Source: a virus. From it: a DNA stretch of 64,000 bases. The stretch is taken from IMG/VR virus record IMGVR_UViG_3300042691_041392. One strand, written 5' to 3'. Made by a program: the position numbers and the translations under genes. The notes below the pieces were generated by a model. The model did no database searches and had not been told where the DNA came from. It saw only the letters and a program-made list of their open reading frames with translations. Position 1 is the first letter of the stretch. Every line of letters begins with the position of its first letter. Shown here piece after piece: positions 40,897-51,680 of this stretch.

Positions 40897-41331
40897 TTAA
40901 GAAAAAATGATTATTAAAGAGATAATTAAAGAAAATAATAGAGATATAGGTAAAACTCTAAAATATAAAGTATCATACCATTCATTTGATCTAAAAAATT
41001 TATAACCAATAACTATTTTCCAAGCTAACTTTTCTTCTTTTCTCAACTCATAGAAGTCATAAATCTCACTCAATCCAATAGAGTTTAAATAGTTAGATAA
41101 CTCAGAGGTGTATTCTCTAATCAAAGGTTCGGAAATCCTATCAATATCAGATTTTCTAAGTGTGAAGGCTTCCCCAATCAATTCCTCTGGAATATTTAAA
41201 ATAGTGTATAATCTATAAGCTCTATCAACTCTAACACCAAATTTTTGTTCTAATTCATTTCTATTCTCTTTAATAGCCTTTTTGAAGGCTCTAAATAATT
41301 GATAGCGTTTAAAAAATGATATCTTTTTCAT
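40897..41331 (-). CDS. Hypothetical protein with C-terminal TM anchor
   Basis: ORF; hydrophobic C-terminus. Confidence 0.6.
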   Translation of the reverse strand: MKKISFFKRYQLFRAFKKAIKENRNELEQKFGVRVDRAYRLYTILNIPEELIGEAFTLRKSDIDRISEPLIREYTSELSNYLNSIGLSEIYDFYELRKEEKLAWKIVIGYKFFRSNEWYDTLYFRVLPISLLFSLIISLIIIFS

Positions 41332-41362
41332 GTTTTTTATATCTTATAATATTTAAAAGTTT

Positions 41363-44300
41363 TTATTCTTTCTCTTTTTTCTTACCTTTAGAAGAAAGTG
41401 ATCTTTTTAGAACATTATCTAAAGTAGATCCATCACCAACAGTTTTGATAAGACCAGCCATTAACTCAATAAGTATATCCATTTGTCTGTTCAAATCACC
41501 ATGTTTACCCTTTTTCTCTTTTGACTTATCAACACTTTTACCTGCTCCAACCTGAGGTCTTCTTGAAGACTCAACACCTTTAACACCAGATTGCTCTTTC
41601 AATAATTTAGAAAATACACTAGATCTTGATTCAAGAACTTGTAACATGTTATCAAACATACTACTATTTAAAGCTGATAAAACAGCAACATTAGCGGTTA
41701 GGTTATTAAACTCTTTTAACTTTTTAGAATCTAATGTCTTCATAGCACCGCCTAACTTTTTAATAGAAACAGATAATTTATCATAAGCTTTAGCCAATTT
41801 AACCATACCATTTGCTACATTAGATATAGGATCACCAAACACAGCATTTTTAATTAGTCCACCAAGTGATTGTTCTTTACTTAACTTTCTTGATAAAGCA
41901 GCATAATATAATATATTAGAAGAAACACTCTTCATATAATTAGGATTTATAGTATCCTTCATATATTTAGAAGATGATGATATAATTCTCGCAGTAATAG
42001 CCATTTGATGAGCAATTCTATTAATATTTGATAAATCAACAGCTCTCTTAGTTTTATATTCAAAACTACCCAATACTCCATTTCCAATAGATTTCTTTTC
42101 ATCAATTGTTAAAATTGCATCTAATTGTCTTGATAACAAAGCGTATGATAAAATATTAGAAGCAACATTTTTCATAAAATTAGCAGGTATAACTGCTGAG
42201 AAATTAGATTTGTTATTTTTGATAATTTTCGCAGTAATAGCCATTTCAATAACTAAATCTCTAATATTATCTTCTGCGAAGAAATCAAGCTTATTAGAAA
42301 TATAATTTGATAAATTAACAAAACCAACAATATTTTTGGCAACTCCTTCAGACCAAGATAATGGTGGGTATTTCCAAGAAGCAGAATTAGCAAATAATCC
42401 AGCCAATTTGACCATACCTTTACCAATCTTCATCATATTCTTAATAACATCATCAAAACTACTCATGAATCCATCATATTTAGATATAATATCAAAAGCA
42501 GGATCCATATGTTTGAATAAATTTGATATACCCATAGCCCATTTAATATCAGGATATTTATTCCAAGCACCTTTAGTAAGAATATGAGAAACATCAACTA
42601 TTGTTTGTGCAACTTTCTTAATCATTTTAAGACCACTACCGAAGAAAGGATTTAATACATTAAAACCTAATAGAACCGCACCAAGACCAAATCCAGCTAA
42701 TGCAAGTCCAACACCACCAGACCAAGCAACAGTTGGATATTTTTTATAATTTCCTTTATTTAAAATATGTGAAGCAGTCACTATTGTACCAGCAACTAGT
42801 AATATTTCACCTAATCCAGCATAGAAGAATGGATTCAATACCTGAGTTCCCAATAAAACCGCACCAGCTCCAAAAGCTCCCAAAGCCAGTCCAACACCAG
42901 CACCCCAAGCAACAGTTGGATATTTTTTATAATTACCCAACGCTAAAAGATGTGAAGCAGCAACCACAACACCAGCAACCAATAAAACAGCACCAAGACC
43001 ACCATAGAAAAATGGATTCAATACTTGAGTTCCCAATAAAACCGCGCCAGCTCCAAATATAGCTAATGAGAGACCAACACCAATAGCCCACTTAACACTT
43101 GGATACTTTGTATATTTACCAAGATTTAATATATGTGAAGTCGCCATAATTGTAGCAGCGACAACTAAAATAGCAACCGCTCCTTTTATATAAGTTGTAA
43201 CACTACCAATTTTCATAAGAGCCCATGAAACACCACCAAAAATAACAAGTGATAATCCAACCGATAAAGACCACTTCCAACCAGGATATTTTTTATATGT
43301 ACCCTTATCTATAAGTAAAGAAGCCAACATAATAGTTGCTGCTAATATTGATATTGATATACCAGCTTTAGCATACATTTTAACATCACCTATTTTAGTA
43401 ACTAATAAGGCTGTTAACGCAACCACTATAACCGCAATACATAAAACAACAGAAAAAGCTAGTATCTCAAGAGATCTACCAAATGTTATTTCAGCAGAAG
43501 CTGATAATATCCAAGATGATAACATTATAGCTAAAGATAAAGCGACAAACATCGCTGGAATTTTAACTATATCTTTTAAACCAATTTTTCCAAAAACATT
43601 AGCTTTTGCTAAAACTAATAAAGTAACACTAAATGCTATAAATAAAATTGAAATTGCAAGTGATGTTAAAAATTGAGCTAGACTAATAGGGTTGACCAGT
43701 GCTAATACCCAAGATGAAGCAGCGATAGCTAAAGCCATTGCTGGCAAAAGAAGAGGTAACAACATAGCTGATTTGGCAATATCAGCACCCTTTATTTTAG
43801 ATAAAGCAGTCAACATAGTACCAATACCCCAAGATACAACAGCAAACATACCAGCTATTAAAATAGCGGTTATTGCTTTTCCTAAAGTTATAGGTTTAAT
43901 CAATTGCAAAACATATGATGATAAAGTAATACCAACTGCAATAGCTAACATTACAATAGGTAAGAATACAGCAATCTTTGATAATTTACTCATATCCATG
44001 GATTTAGTCTTAAAGCCATTCTTACCCTTAACCTCATTTTCCTCAGTCAACGCTTGTATTAATCCTTTAATACCCATAGCAGCAATAGCAAACATACCAG
44101 ATATAGCAATAGCTGTTATAATCTGGCCAAGACCCATTGGTTTAACTTTAGATAATATCCAAGATGAAGCAGTGATACCCAGAGCCATAGCAACCATTAA
44201 AATAGGTAGAGCGACAATTGTTGCTTTAAGTCTTCCGAAATCAAACTTAGAAGTTTTAATTTTCTTACCACCAGGTAATGTTACTTCTTTTGTATTCATC

Positions 44301-44938
44301 ATCGCATCCATCATAGATGTTATAACAGGTGCTATAAAATAAAATGCAGTAGCAACACCAATTGATGTTACAATCTGACCAATACTCATCGGAGAAACTC
44401 TTGCTAAAAATTTAGATGCCAACCAAATACCCATACCCATTAAAGGCATAACAGATGATATCATAAATACTTTTCTATAACTTAAATCTTTTAGCCTACC
44501 AATCTTATCAAATGCGACAGAAACAGCATAAATACCAATACCTAATGCAATAACAGAGAAAAAGTCAACTTTACCAACTAATTTAAATGCCAATCCTATC
44601 GCTAAAACACCAGCAGCGATTAATAAAATAGAAGTTACACCTTTTTTAATAGAACCTTGTTTTTTATCATCATCACCATCAAAAGCATCCATCTTTTTAT
44701 CAGCTTGCTTCTTTTTAGATAACTCTAAAATAGTTTTTTGTTGTTTTAATATCTTTTCAGTATCCTTTTTAATAGATTTAATACCAACATTAATTTCATT
44801 AATTGTTTTAGAAAAATTACCAGACTGCAAAGCAGCAGTTGTATCGGATTTTGATCCTTTCTTATCTTTAAGAGCATCAGATATTTCTTCTAAGGCGAAT
44901 GATAAATTATTCAGTGCGTCTAATAAACGTTGATCCAT
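41363..44938 (-). CDS. Tape measure protein candidate
   Basis: 1191 aa; Ala/Gly/Leu-rich hydrophobic helical repeats of about 60 aa with a periodic KYP..W anchor. Confidence 0.7.
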   Translation of the reverse strand: MDQRLLDALNNLSFALEEISDALKDKKGSKSDTTAALQSGNFSKTINEINVGIKSIKKDTEKILKQQKTILELSKKKQADKKMDAFDGDDDKKQGSIKKGVTSILLIAAGVLAIGLAFKLVGKVDFFSVIALGIGIYAVSVAFDKIGRLKDLSYRKVFMISSVMPLMGMGIWLASKFLARVSPMSIGQIVTSIGVATAFYFIAPVITSMMDAMMNTKEVTLPGGKKIKTSKFDFGRLKATIVALPILMVAMALGITASSWILSKVKPMGLGQIITAIAISGMFAIAAMGIKGLIQALTEENEVKGKNGFKTKSMDMSKLSKIAVFLPIVMLAIAVGITLSSYVLQLIKPITLGKAITAILIAGMFAVVSWGIGTMLTALSKIKGADIAKSAMLLPLLLPAMALAIAASSWVLALVNPISLAQFLTSLAISILFIAFSVTLLVLAKANVFGKIGLKDIVKIPAMFVALSLAIMLSSWILSASAEITFGRSLEILAFSVVLCIAVIVVALTALLVTKIGDVKMYAKAGISISILAATIMLASLLIDKGTYKKYPGWKWSLSVGLSLVIFGGVSWALMKIGSVTTYIKGAVAILVVAATIMATSHILNLGKYTKYPSVKWAIGVGLSLAIFGAGAVLLGTQVLNPFFYGGLGAVLLVAGVVVAASHLLALGNYKKYPTVAWGAGVGLALGAFGAGAVLLGTQVLNPFFYAGLGEILLVAGTIVTASHILNKGNYKKYPTVAWSGGVGLALAGFGLGAVLLGFNVLNPFFGSGLKMIKKVAQTIVDVSHILTKGAWNKYPDIKWAMGISNLFKHMDPAFDIISKYDGFMSSFDDVIKNMMKIGKGMVKLAGLFANSASWKYPPLSWSEGVAKNIVGFVNLSNYISNKLDFFAEDNIRDLVIEMAITAKIIKNNKSNFSAVIPANFMKNVASNILSYALLSRQLDAILTIDEKKSIGNGVLGSFEYKTKRAVDLSNINRIAHQMAITARIISSSSKYMKDTINPNYMKSVSSNILYYAALSRKLSKEQSLGGLIKNAVFGDPISNVANGMVKLAKAYDKLSVSIKKLGGAMKTLDSKKLKEFNNLTANVAVLSALNSSMFDNMLQVLESRSSVFSKLLKEQSGVKGVESSRRPQVGAGKSVDKSKEKKGKHGDLNRQMDILIELMAGLIKTVGDGSTLDNVLKRSLSSKGKKKEKE

Positions 44939-45696
44939 GACATATTATCTCTTTTTATAACCCTATTAACAAAAGAACAAAGTGGTTGTAAATTTGTATA
45001 ATGATTTAATTTAATAACATCCTCTTCCGTCTCAGCACTTGAGATTGGTATAATATGATCAATATCCCATCCATAATTTAATTCACCATTATACAATCCC
45101 TTGTTATCCCAAGTCATCCAATCTTCAAATTTAGATTCTAAGTAAGTCTTGAACTCTTCAAAAGAACATCCTAATATCTCATTTGTTTTTGATTTTTTAG
45201 AATACCCTCTTTTTTTAATAGATATACTCACTAAACTTCTAATTCTATACGAAAGATGATAAACTTCATCTTTCTTAATCCTATTATGATAATAATTGAT
45301 AGCTCTACTATTTATCATATCTCTATTATCAGATTTATATTTTTTTATTTTCTCTTTATTATTCTCTCGATATATTCGTTTGGAAATAGAGATTTCCTCT
45401 TTATTCAATAAATTATACTCTCTATTATATTTTTTTATTTTTTCACTATTTTCAATTTTATAAATATTCATATATTCACTTCTATTAGTTTTATAATTAA
45501 TATTATTGCAAATACTTTTATAATATTCATTACTAGACTCACATATACTTTCTTTATTTTTAATATAAAAGTTTCTACTATAATCTTTTTGACACTCTTT
45601 ACAAGAATTCCTATAACCATCTTTTTTTGATTTATCCTTATTGAAAAAGTTCAAAGGCTTCTTAGTATCGCACTTTTTACATAACTTTTGATCCAT
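44920..45696 (-). mobile_element. Free-standing HNH homing endonuclease (paralogue of 6733-7422)
   Basis: CKKC...CKEC; GLYNGELNYGWDIDHIIPISS...NHYTNLQPLC. Confidence 0.85.
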
Positions 45697-45758
45697 TATT
45701 TTATATAAATTTTACTTATACTATATATAAAATTAAAACTCGTCTTTAATATATAATA

Positions 45759-46229
45759 ATGGAGGCAAAGAATATGAAAATTAAAAAACTGATTAAGTAT
45801 TACTTATTAGGTGAGTCTATTAAAGAAATAGAACTTAATAGGATTTTGGATAAAATCAATAGTAAAAAAAAACTATCTGATAAAGAGATTAGTTTCCTAA
45901 ATCTATACCAAGATACGAGAGAGGAAGACATGAAAGACTTTATGTTTCTTTCTAAAAATTCAACATATAGTAGAATAAAAGATCTCTTAGATAAAAATAA
46001 AAAAGTAATCTGTGATCTACATGATAGAGATGGTAAAATTGGTCTTAGAATTATAAACGTAGAAAATGATTTTGAAGATGATGAGTGTGTTTTATTTCTA
46101 AAAGGTGATGAAACATTTACATTAGAAGATAAATATCTTTATAATTTAATATATAACACTAAGAAGGATGAATATTCTTTACAAGAACAAGATGAATATT
46201 TTGAAAAAATAGAAGATGATAATGATTAA
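45759..46229 (+). CDS. Hypothetical protein with DUF6576-like helical hairpin near the N-terminus
   Basis: ELNRILDKI...KLSDKEISFL. Confidence 0.55.
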   Translation: MEAKNMKIKKLIKYYLLGESIKEIELNRILDKINSKKKLSDKEISFLNLYQDTREEDMKDFMFLSKNSTYSRIKDLLDKNKKVICDLHDRDGKIGLRIINVENDFEDDECVLFLKGDETFTLEDKYLYNLIYNTKKDEYSLQEQDEYFEKIEDDND

Positions 46230-46491
46230 AAGATTTAAAGAATTTATTAAAGAAGAAGTGTCAGGAACAGAATTAGTTGGACCGGTTGGACCAGCTTATG
46301 GAGAAACCAGACTACAAAATAAAACAATATCATCAAGTGATACAAATGTAATTTTTTGTGATTTAGATAGTAAATTCTACACAGAGGATGACTATAATGA
46401 ACTATATAATAATTATCTAAAGGATGGTGGAAAACCAATACCAAATCCTTCTTTTTCATTAAAAAATATAGAAAGAATATTATCAAAATAA
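46222..46491 (+). CDS. Hypothetical protein with IKRFKEFIKEE tag
   Basis: ORF; start probably the second ATG. Confidence 0.6.
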   Translation: MIKRFKEFIKEEVSGTELVGPVGPAYGETRLQNKTISSSDTNVIFCDLDSKFYTEDDYNELYNNYLKDGGKPIPNPSFSLKNIERILSK

Positions 46492-46526
46492 AAAAAATCC
46501 TCTATTTTCATAGAGGATTTTTATTT

Positions 46527-47846
46527 TTATCCCATAACTACAATTCTAACTGAAGATATCGTGTTAACAGAATTAATATCTATAGCATCATTTGATGTTT
46601 TAGCAACACTTAAATTTAACTGCTCACCAGTTGTTTCATCCCAAGTATTAACTATAATAGCAGGTGTAGATAAACCATGTGTTATGGAATATGTAACACC
46701 GGCACTCATAGATTGAAGTGTTGTAAACTTAGTAATAGAACTTGTTCCACCACCACTATTAGGACCTAAAGCCAAATCAACCAATTGAACATTACCAGAA
46801 TTTGATACAGTACCACCATTTAATATCAATCCACCATCCAATATAACAACTTTACCATAAGTATCAATATCCAATCTACCTTCAACAGTTAAATCACCAT
46901 AAATTAAATATTCATTATAATCAGGAACTTGAACAATCTCATTACTTCTAATTCTCCATTTTATATCAAATGGAGCATTACTAAAAGGTTTATTTAATCT
47001 AAAGTAAGTACCATCATACATCAATGTATATGTTATATTAGGATTTAACTCACTAACTAATAAATCATCCAATCCATTAGATGTTTGTTTTTTAATAGAT
47101 TTGGCACCTAAACTATTTATATTTAAAGTAACAGATGATGTACCAGAGTTAGTAGCTGAAAACCTAGTTAGATATACTTGATTTGTATTATATGAGAATA
47201 AATTAGGCAAAGATGTTGAAGTATATGTGTATCCATTTGATGTACTAGCTGTTAAACTCATTACTTGATTAACATACTCTTTAACCCACTTACCACTTGA
47301 ATAAGTACCTTCATATCTATAAAGAGAGTCATCTTCATTCTGAACTCTTAATGTATATCCATTTTTTGGAGATGTTTTATCCCAATCAGATAAAGTATTA
47401 TTCCAAGTAACAATATAACCACCAGTATATGATGACCAATTAGAACCACTCAAAGTAGCCGTATTATCTAAACCAGCAATATATCTATCTCCATTTGACG
47501 GAGAACCTGGCTCAGATGTAGATACTGATATAACAGGATCTAACCAATACTCACTACCAGCCGCACCTGAACCACCACTAAATAAAATCCAATTACTATT
47601 ATCAGTTATTGTAGTACTACTATAACCATATTTTAATTGGTAAGTACCATTATTAGAACCATCATTATAAACAGTACATAACATACCCCAACTTCTTCTT
47701 TGTATAATAATTGAATTTCTTTCTGATAAAGTCTCATAACCATGATGACCACCTCTAATCTCATTTTCATACGCAGTAGAAATTAAGTCGTTTGAATCTA
47801 TCGGTCTAATTGCCGCTCCTACTAATGTACCTGTATTTTTACTCAT
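46527..47846 (-). CDS. Virion structural/fibre-associated protein
   Basis: Ser/Thr/Gly-rich; P.SP..GDRYI...W motif; F.ATN.G...TLNIN.LGAK.I; C-terminal ITHGL. Confidence 0.55.
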   Translation of the reverse strand: MSKNTGTLVGAAIRPIDSNDLISTAYENEIRGGHHGYETLSERNSIIIQRRSWGMLCTVYNDGSNNGTYQLKYGYSSTTITDNSNWILFSGGSGAAGSEYWLDPVISVSTSEPGSPSNGDRYIAGLDNTATLSGSNWSSYTGGYIVTWNNTLSDWDKTSPKNGYTLRVQNEDDSLYRYEGTYSSGKWVKEYVNQVMSLTASTSNGYTYTSTSLPNLFSYNTNQVYLTRFSATNSGTSSVTLNINSLGAKSIKKQTSNGLDDLLVSELNPNITYTLMYDGTYFRLNKPFSNAPFDIKWRIRSNEIVQVPDYNEYLIYGDLTVEGRLDIDTYGKVVILDGGLILNGGTVSNSGNVQLVDLALGPNSGGGTSSITKFTTLQSMSAGVTYSITHGLSTPAIIVNTWDETTGEQLNLSVAKTSNDAIDINSVNTISSVRIVVMG

Positions 47847-47861
47847 ATTATTTTCTTAATT

Positions 47862-48851
47862 TTAACTTATAACTATTGTTGTAGATGAATTATAAGCAGT
47901 ATTACTTATCCAAACATCATAATTCGTTCCACTAAACCCATAATCATTTGAAAATGTACTATTAGATCTAACTTTTGTAAATGCTGTATTGGTAAAACCA
48001 CCAACAACAAATGTTGGAGTACCAAATAAAGTAGGCCATGCAAAACATAAATAATATCCCGAACCATCCATATTAGTAAAAGTTCTTGATAAACTTGTAG
48101 CTAATTCACTACCACTACCAACACCAGCACCAGTAAGACCTTTAACTTTAGCATCTGTGATAAATGAACCAACAGCAGCACTTGAACCAGGAGTAAGTGT
48201 TAAATCTGGATTTGATGGTACACAAGAAGTTAAATCAATAAATCCCCAATATCTCTTATTAGACCAAGTAACTGAAGCAGTAGTACTCAATGTTGTGGTA
48301 CCATCAGATGTAGAGAAAGTAAACAATTGAACTTGACTAACTCCACTTGGTGATGAACTGTGTGTAGCTGTAGTAGCTTTTGTACCAGATTGACTAGCAC
48401 CGGTTGGTGAAACACTTGTACCATCAACAGTTATTGACGTAATTGAGTTACTATTTTTAATAACTGTCCAACTTAAAGTAACAGAAGTAGATGATCCAAA
48501 TTGTCTTGACGCACTCGAAGCTGAAAAAACATGAGTTTGAGCAACATAAGGATATAAAATTTTATCCAAAGCATCTTGAATTGTACCTGAAAATGTACTT
48601 CCAATAGAAGCACCACCAACAGCTATTTGAGTTGGAGTAGCTCTAATATAATCTGTATTTGTTGTTAATGATTGAGAAGCTGTTATTTCAATATCATCAA
48701 TTCTATTCCAAAGAGTCCAAACAGAATCTCTAACATCTTTAGCGTCAATTAAATTAGCAGCGTTATCAGGTAACACAGTTAGTAATTCTTCTACTGTGAA
48801 CCTATAATCAGCTGAAATAGGAGGATTTACATAACTTGAAGTTCCTGCCAT
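47862..48851 (-). CDS. Virion structural protein (Ser/Thr-rich beta protein)
   Basis: LPDN...LI.AKDVRD, LDKILYPY, Y..FAWP; late-type promoter. Confidence 0.55.
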   Translation of the reverse strand: MAGTSSYVNPPISADYRFTVEELLTVLPDNAANLIDAKDVRDSVWTLWNRIDDIEITASQSLTTNTDYIRATPTQIAVGGASIGSTFSGTIQDALDKILYPYVAQTHVFSASSASRQFGSSTSVTLSWTVIKNSNSITSITVDGTSVSPTGASQSGTKATTATHSSSPSGVSQVQLFTFSTSDGTTTLSTTASVTWSNKRYWGFIDLTSCVPSNPDLTLTPGSSAAVGSFITDAKVKGLTGAGVGSGSELATSLSRTFTNMDGSGYYLCFAWPTLFGTPTFVVGGFTNTAFTKVRSNSTFSNDYGFSGTNYDVWISNTAYNSSTTIVIS

Positions 48852-48895
48852 ATAATTATTCTTTTTTGTTATATATTAATTTCTTAATACTTTAT

Positions 48896-48927
48896 TTTGA
48901 TTTTTTTAAAAACTTTATCTATATTTG
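48896..48927 (+). promoter_or_regulatory. Bacteroidota sigma70-type promoter (TTTG-N20-TATATTTG)
   Basis: Matches the -33/-7 consensus upstream of the nucleotidyltransferase; similar -7 sites at 7917, 9824, 29538, 52019, 62230 (+) and 19223, 57208 (-). Confidence 0.7.
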
Positions 48928-48943
48928 TAGATAATTAAGAATT

Positions 48944-50152
48944 ATGAAACAAGAACTATTAAATTTAATACAAGAAAAATCACCAGGTGCTAAACCTTTA
49001 CTCTTAGTTATTAGAGGATCTCACGCATATGGAACAAATATTGAAACTTCGGATACCGATTTCTCAGGTGTCTTTATACAATCCATGGAAGATATTTTAG
49101 GTTTTAATTACGTTGAACAAATCAATGATGATAAAAATGATATTGTTATCTATGAAATTAGAAGATTTCTTCAACTATTAGAAAGTAATAATCCAACTGT
49201 ATTAGAACTACTTAATACACCAGAAGATTGTATTGTTTATAAAGATCCCATCTTTGATGAAATATTAAATAATAAAGATAAGTTTATTACTAAAATATGT
49301 GCTAAATCTTTTGGTGGATACGCAGTTCAACAAATTCAAAAAGCAAAAGGTCAAAATAAAAAACAAAACTGGGAAAGAGATAGAGTTACTCGTAAAGATG
49401 TACTTGACTTTGTTTATGTAATCGAAGGTGAGAAATCTATTCCTTGGAAAGTTTGGAATGAAACTAAAGGATATGAAGAAAAATTCTGTGGTGTATGTAA
49501 TGTACCGAACGCCAGAGATGTTTACGCAGTTTATTATGATGATGAAGCTCGATCTCTTTTCTCAACTAAACTAACAAGTAGAATGAGAAGTTATATGTTC
49601 GAATCCAGACTTTATAAAGATGAAAATGGTGAATTAAAATCAAAACCACTTGCTTTAGGATATAAAGGTCTTATTAAAGTTGGTGAAGGTGATAATTTAT
49701 CAGAGTCAAATCAACTTAGACTTTCTTCAATTCCTAAAGGCGAAACACCGATCTGTAACATTATTTATAATAAAGATGGTTATTCACAACATTGTAGAGA
49801 ATACAAAGAATATGAAGAATGGTTAGAGAATAGAAATACTCAAAGATGGGTAGATGTTGAATCTCATGGTCAAAAAATTGATGGTAAAAACATGATGCAT
49901 TGTAAGCGTCTAACTCAAATGAGTAGAGAGATTGCTGAAGGTCTTGGTATTATTGTTAGAAGACCAGATGCTGAAGAATTACTCAATATCAGAAGAGGTA
50001 AAGTTGATCTTCAAACTTTAATTGATGATGTTGAGAATGAGATTAAAGAGATTGATGAACTATTCAAAAACTCAACTTTACCCGATAAAGTTGATAAAAC
50101 ATTTGTAAATGAACTATTAGTAAAAATTAGAAAAAATATTTATAATATATAA
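48944..50152 (+). CDS. Pol-beta superfamily nucleotidyltransferase (RlaP/YcgL-like)
   Basis: GSHAYG...SDTD..GVF, NP..LE.L, F.GYA..Q, DGKNMMH..RL, LL.IRRG. Confidence 0.85.
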   Translation: MKQELLNLIQEKSPGAKPLLLVIRGSHAYGTNIETSDTDFSGVFIQSMEDILGFNYVEQINDDKNDIVIYEIRRFLQLLESNNPTVLELLNTPEDCIVYKDPIFDEILNNKDKFITKICAKSFGGYAVQQIQKAKGQNKKQNWERDRVTRKDVLDFVYVIEGEKSIPWKVWNETKGYEEKFCGVCNVPNARDVYAVYYDDEARSLFSTKLTSRMRSYMFESRLYKDENGELKSKPLALGYKGLIKVGEGDNLSESNQLRLSSIPKGETPICNIIYNKDGYSQHCREYKEYEEWLENRNTQRWVDVESHGQKIDGKNMMHCKRLTQMSREIAEGLGIIVRRPDAEELLNIRRGKVDLQTLIDDVENEIKEIDELFKNSTLPDKVDKTFVNELLVKIRKNIYNI

Positions 50153-50155
50153 AAT

Positions 50156-50776
50156 ATGGCAACAACTACGTTTATTTTAGGAATTATTTGGGGATTTGTT
50201 ACTTATCACATAGCTTTACAAGTGAAAGAAAAAGCTAAAAATAAAAAAATCATCAATGAGATAAACTCTAAATTTAAAGAGGTATTAAGTAATATTAAAA
50301 ACAAAAAAACTGTATTTGTTAGTAGAGTTAACCATACAGTTATGTTTGACACCAAAATTCAAAATTTAGATGTTGTAAACATAGTCTATTTGATGGATAA
50401 ACAAATTGTTTGTATATTCAAAGATAATAACTGTATTTATACATCTGATAGTTTAGATAATAATATAAAATCAGACTTACTTATTGAAATTAATAGAGAG
50501 TTTAGTAACCAAATAAATGATGTTGTAAATATCATGGGTATGACAATTTCAAAAGAAGAGTTTAATAAGAGAATGCAGGATATTCAAGATATACTTAAAT
50601 CCGATCCTAACTCTCTAAATATAGATCTTGATTTAAATAAAAATACTATAAATGATATAGTTGAAGAAAATAATAAAAAGTTTGATGTTGATTCAATCTT
50701 AGATAAAATTTCTAAACATGGAATAAATTCCATAACAAAAGAAGAAAAAGATTTCCTTGATAATTTAAATAAATAA
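50156..50776 (+). CDS. Membrane-anchored protein with C-terminal DUF6576-like domain
   Basis: N-terminal TM; DVDSILDKISKHGINSITKEEKDFL. Confidence 0.65.
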   Translation: MATTTFILGIIWGFVTYHIALQVKEKAKNKKIINEINSKFKEVLSNIKNKKTVFVSRVNHTVMFDTKIQNLDVVNIVYLMDKQIVCIFKDNNCIYTSDSLDNNIKSDLLIEINREFSNQINDVVNIMGMTISKEEFNKRMQDIQDILKSDPNSLNIDLDLNKNTINDIVEENNKKFDVDSILDKISKHGINSITKEEKDFLDNLNK

Positions 50777-50778
50777 TC

Positions 50779-51000
50779 ATGAGCTTAGTATTAAAAAGTT
50801 TTGACTATTTAATTAACAATAGTTATAAACGAATTTTTGAAGGTAAACATTTTGATGAAAATTTCCAACCTTATACTCAAGATTTCATAAAAGAAATGAT
50901 AGAATACTTTCTATTAAGAGAAGAGTATGAGAAATGTCAATTCTTAAAAGAATATAATTCCAAAAGATTTGATCATGAAAAAAATTATTTATCTAAATGA
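50779..51000 (+). CDS. Small protein with UVR-like motif
   Basis: MIEYF...EEYEKCQFLKE. Confidence 0.5.
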   Translation: MSLVLKSFDYLINNSYKRIFEGKHFDENFQPYTQDFIKEMIEYFLLREEYEKCQFLKEYNSKRFDHEKNYLSK

Positions 51001-51680
51001 GTAATCAAATACAAATAAACACTGTTACATTACCCGATGGAACAACAGGTATTGAAATAAACGACGGTTCAAAACCAACAGGTCATGTTGAAGATTTATC
51101 TACTTTTAAATATGAAAGATCTGAAATACCACAAAGTCTAATTGATGAATGTGAAAAACTATCAGAAGAAAATGGTATAGTATATTTTATCTTCGATAAA
51201 CATATAAAAAATGTTATAGATAAAAACAAATCAAATCTATCAACTGAGGAAAAAAGAGACATAACACTTGATGATATACTAGATGATGGTGATAAATTTT
51301 ATATAGGTTCTGAGAATGAATATAATGAAATGCCATCAAGATTTGCTTACTATGACACAGAAACAAAAACAGTAGGTAGATATAATCGTTATGATAGAGT
51401 TTTAAGTTTCTTTAAAGATTTAGGATTTGAACCAGGTTTCTCAAACTTAGGACCAGAGTTTGAACAATCATTTCATTTAAAAGATCAAGATATTAATATA
51501 ATTTTAAGAATTAAACCAAATCTTATTATAAATATAAGTTGTCATAAAGAATTTTATAATCACACATATAATGGTATCTTTTCAAAAGAAGGTATTTATA
51601 CATTTTTTAAAAAGGTTATAGATGAAAATAAATATAAAGAACTTATAAGAGATAAAAAAATCAATGATATACTATCATGA
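50997..51680 (+). CDS. Hypothetical protein with C-terminal RDKKINDIL tag
   Basis: ORF in a coupled operon. Confidence 0.6.
   Translation: MSNQIQINTVTLPDGTTGIEINDGSKPTGHVEDLSTFKYERSEIPQSLIDECEKLSEENGIVYFIFDKHIKNVIDKNKSNLSTEEKRDITLDDILDDGDKFYIGSENEYNEMPSRFAYYDTETKTVGRYNRYDRVLSFFKDLGFEPGFSNLGPEFEQSFHLKDQDINIILRIKPNLIINISCHKEFYNHTYNGIFSKEGIYTFFKKVIDENKYKELIRDKKINDILS

Noticed and set aside
42336-44342. Plus-strand ORFs inside the tape-measure gene, including a 216-aa one
   Set aside because: Antisense shadows caused by Ala/Ile/Gly codon bias on the coding strand
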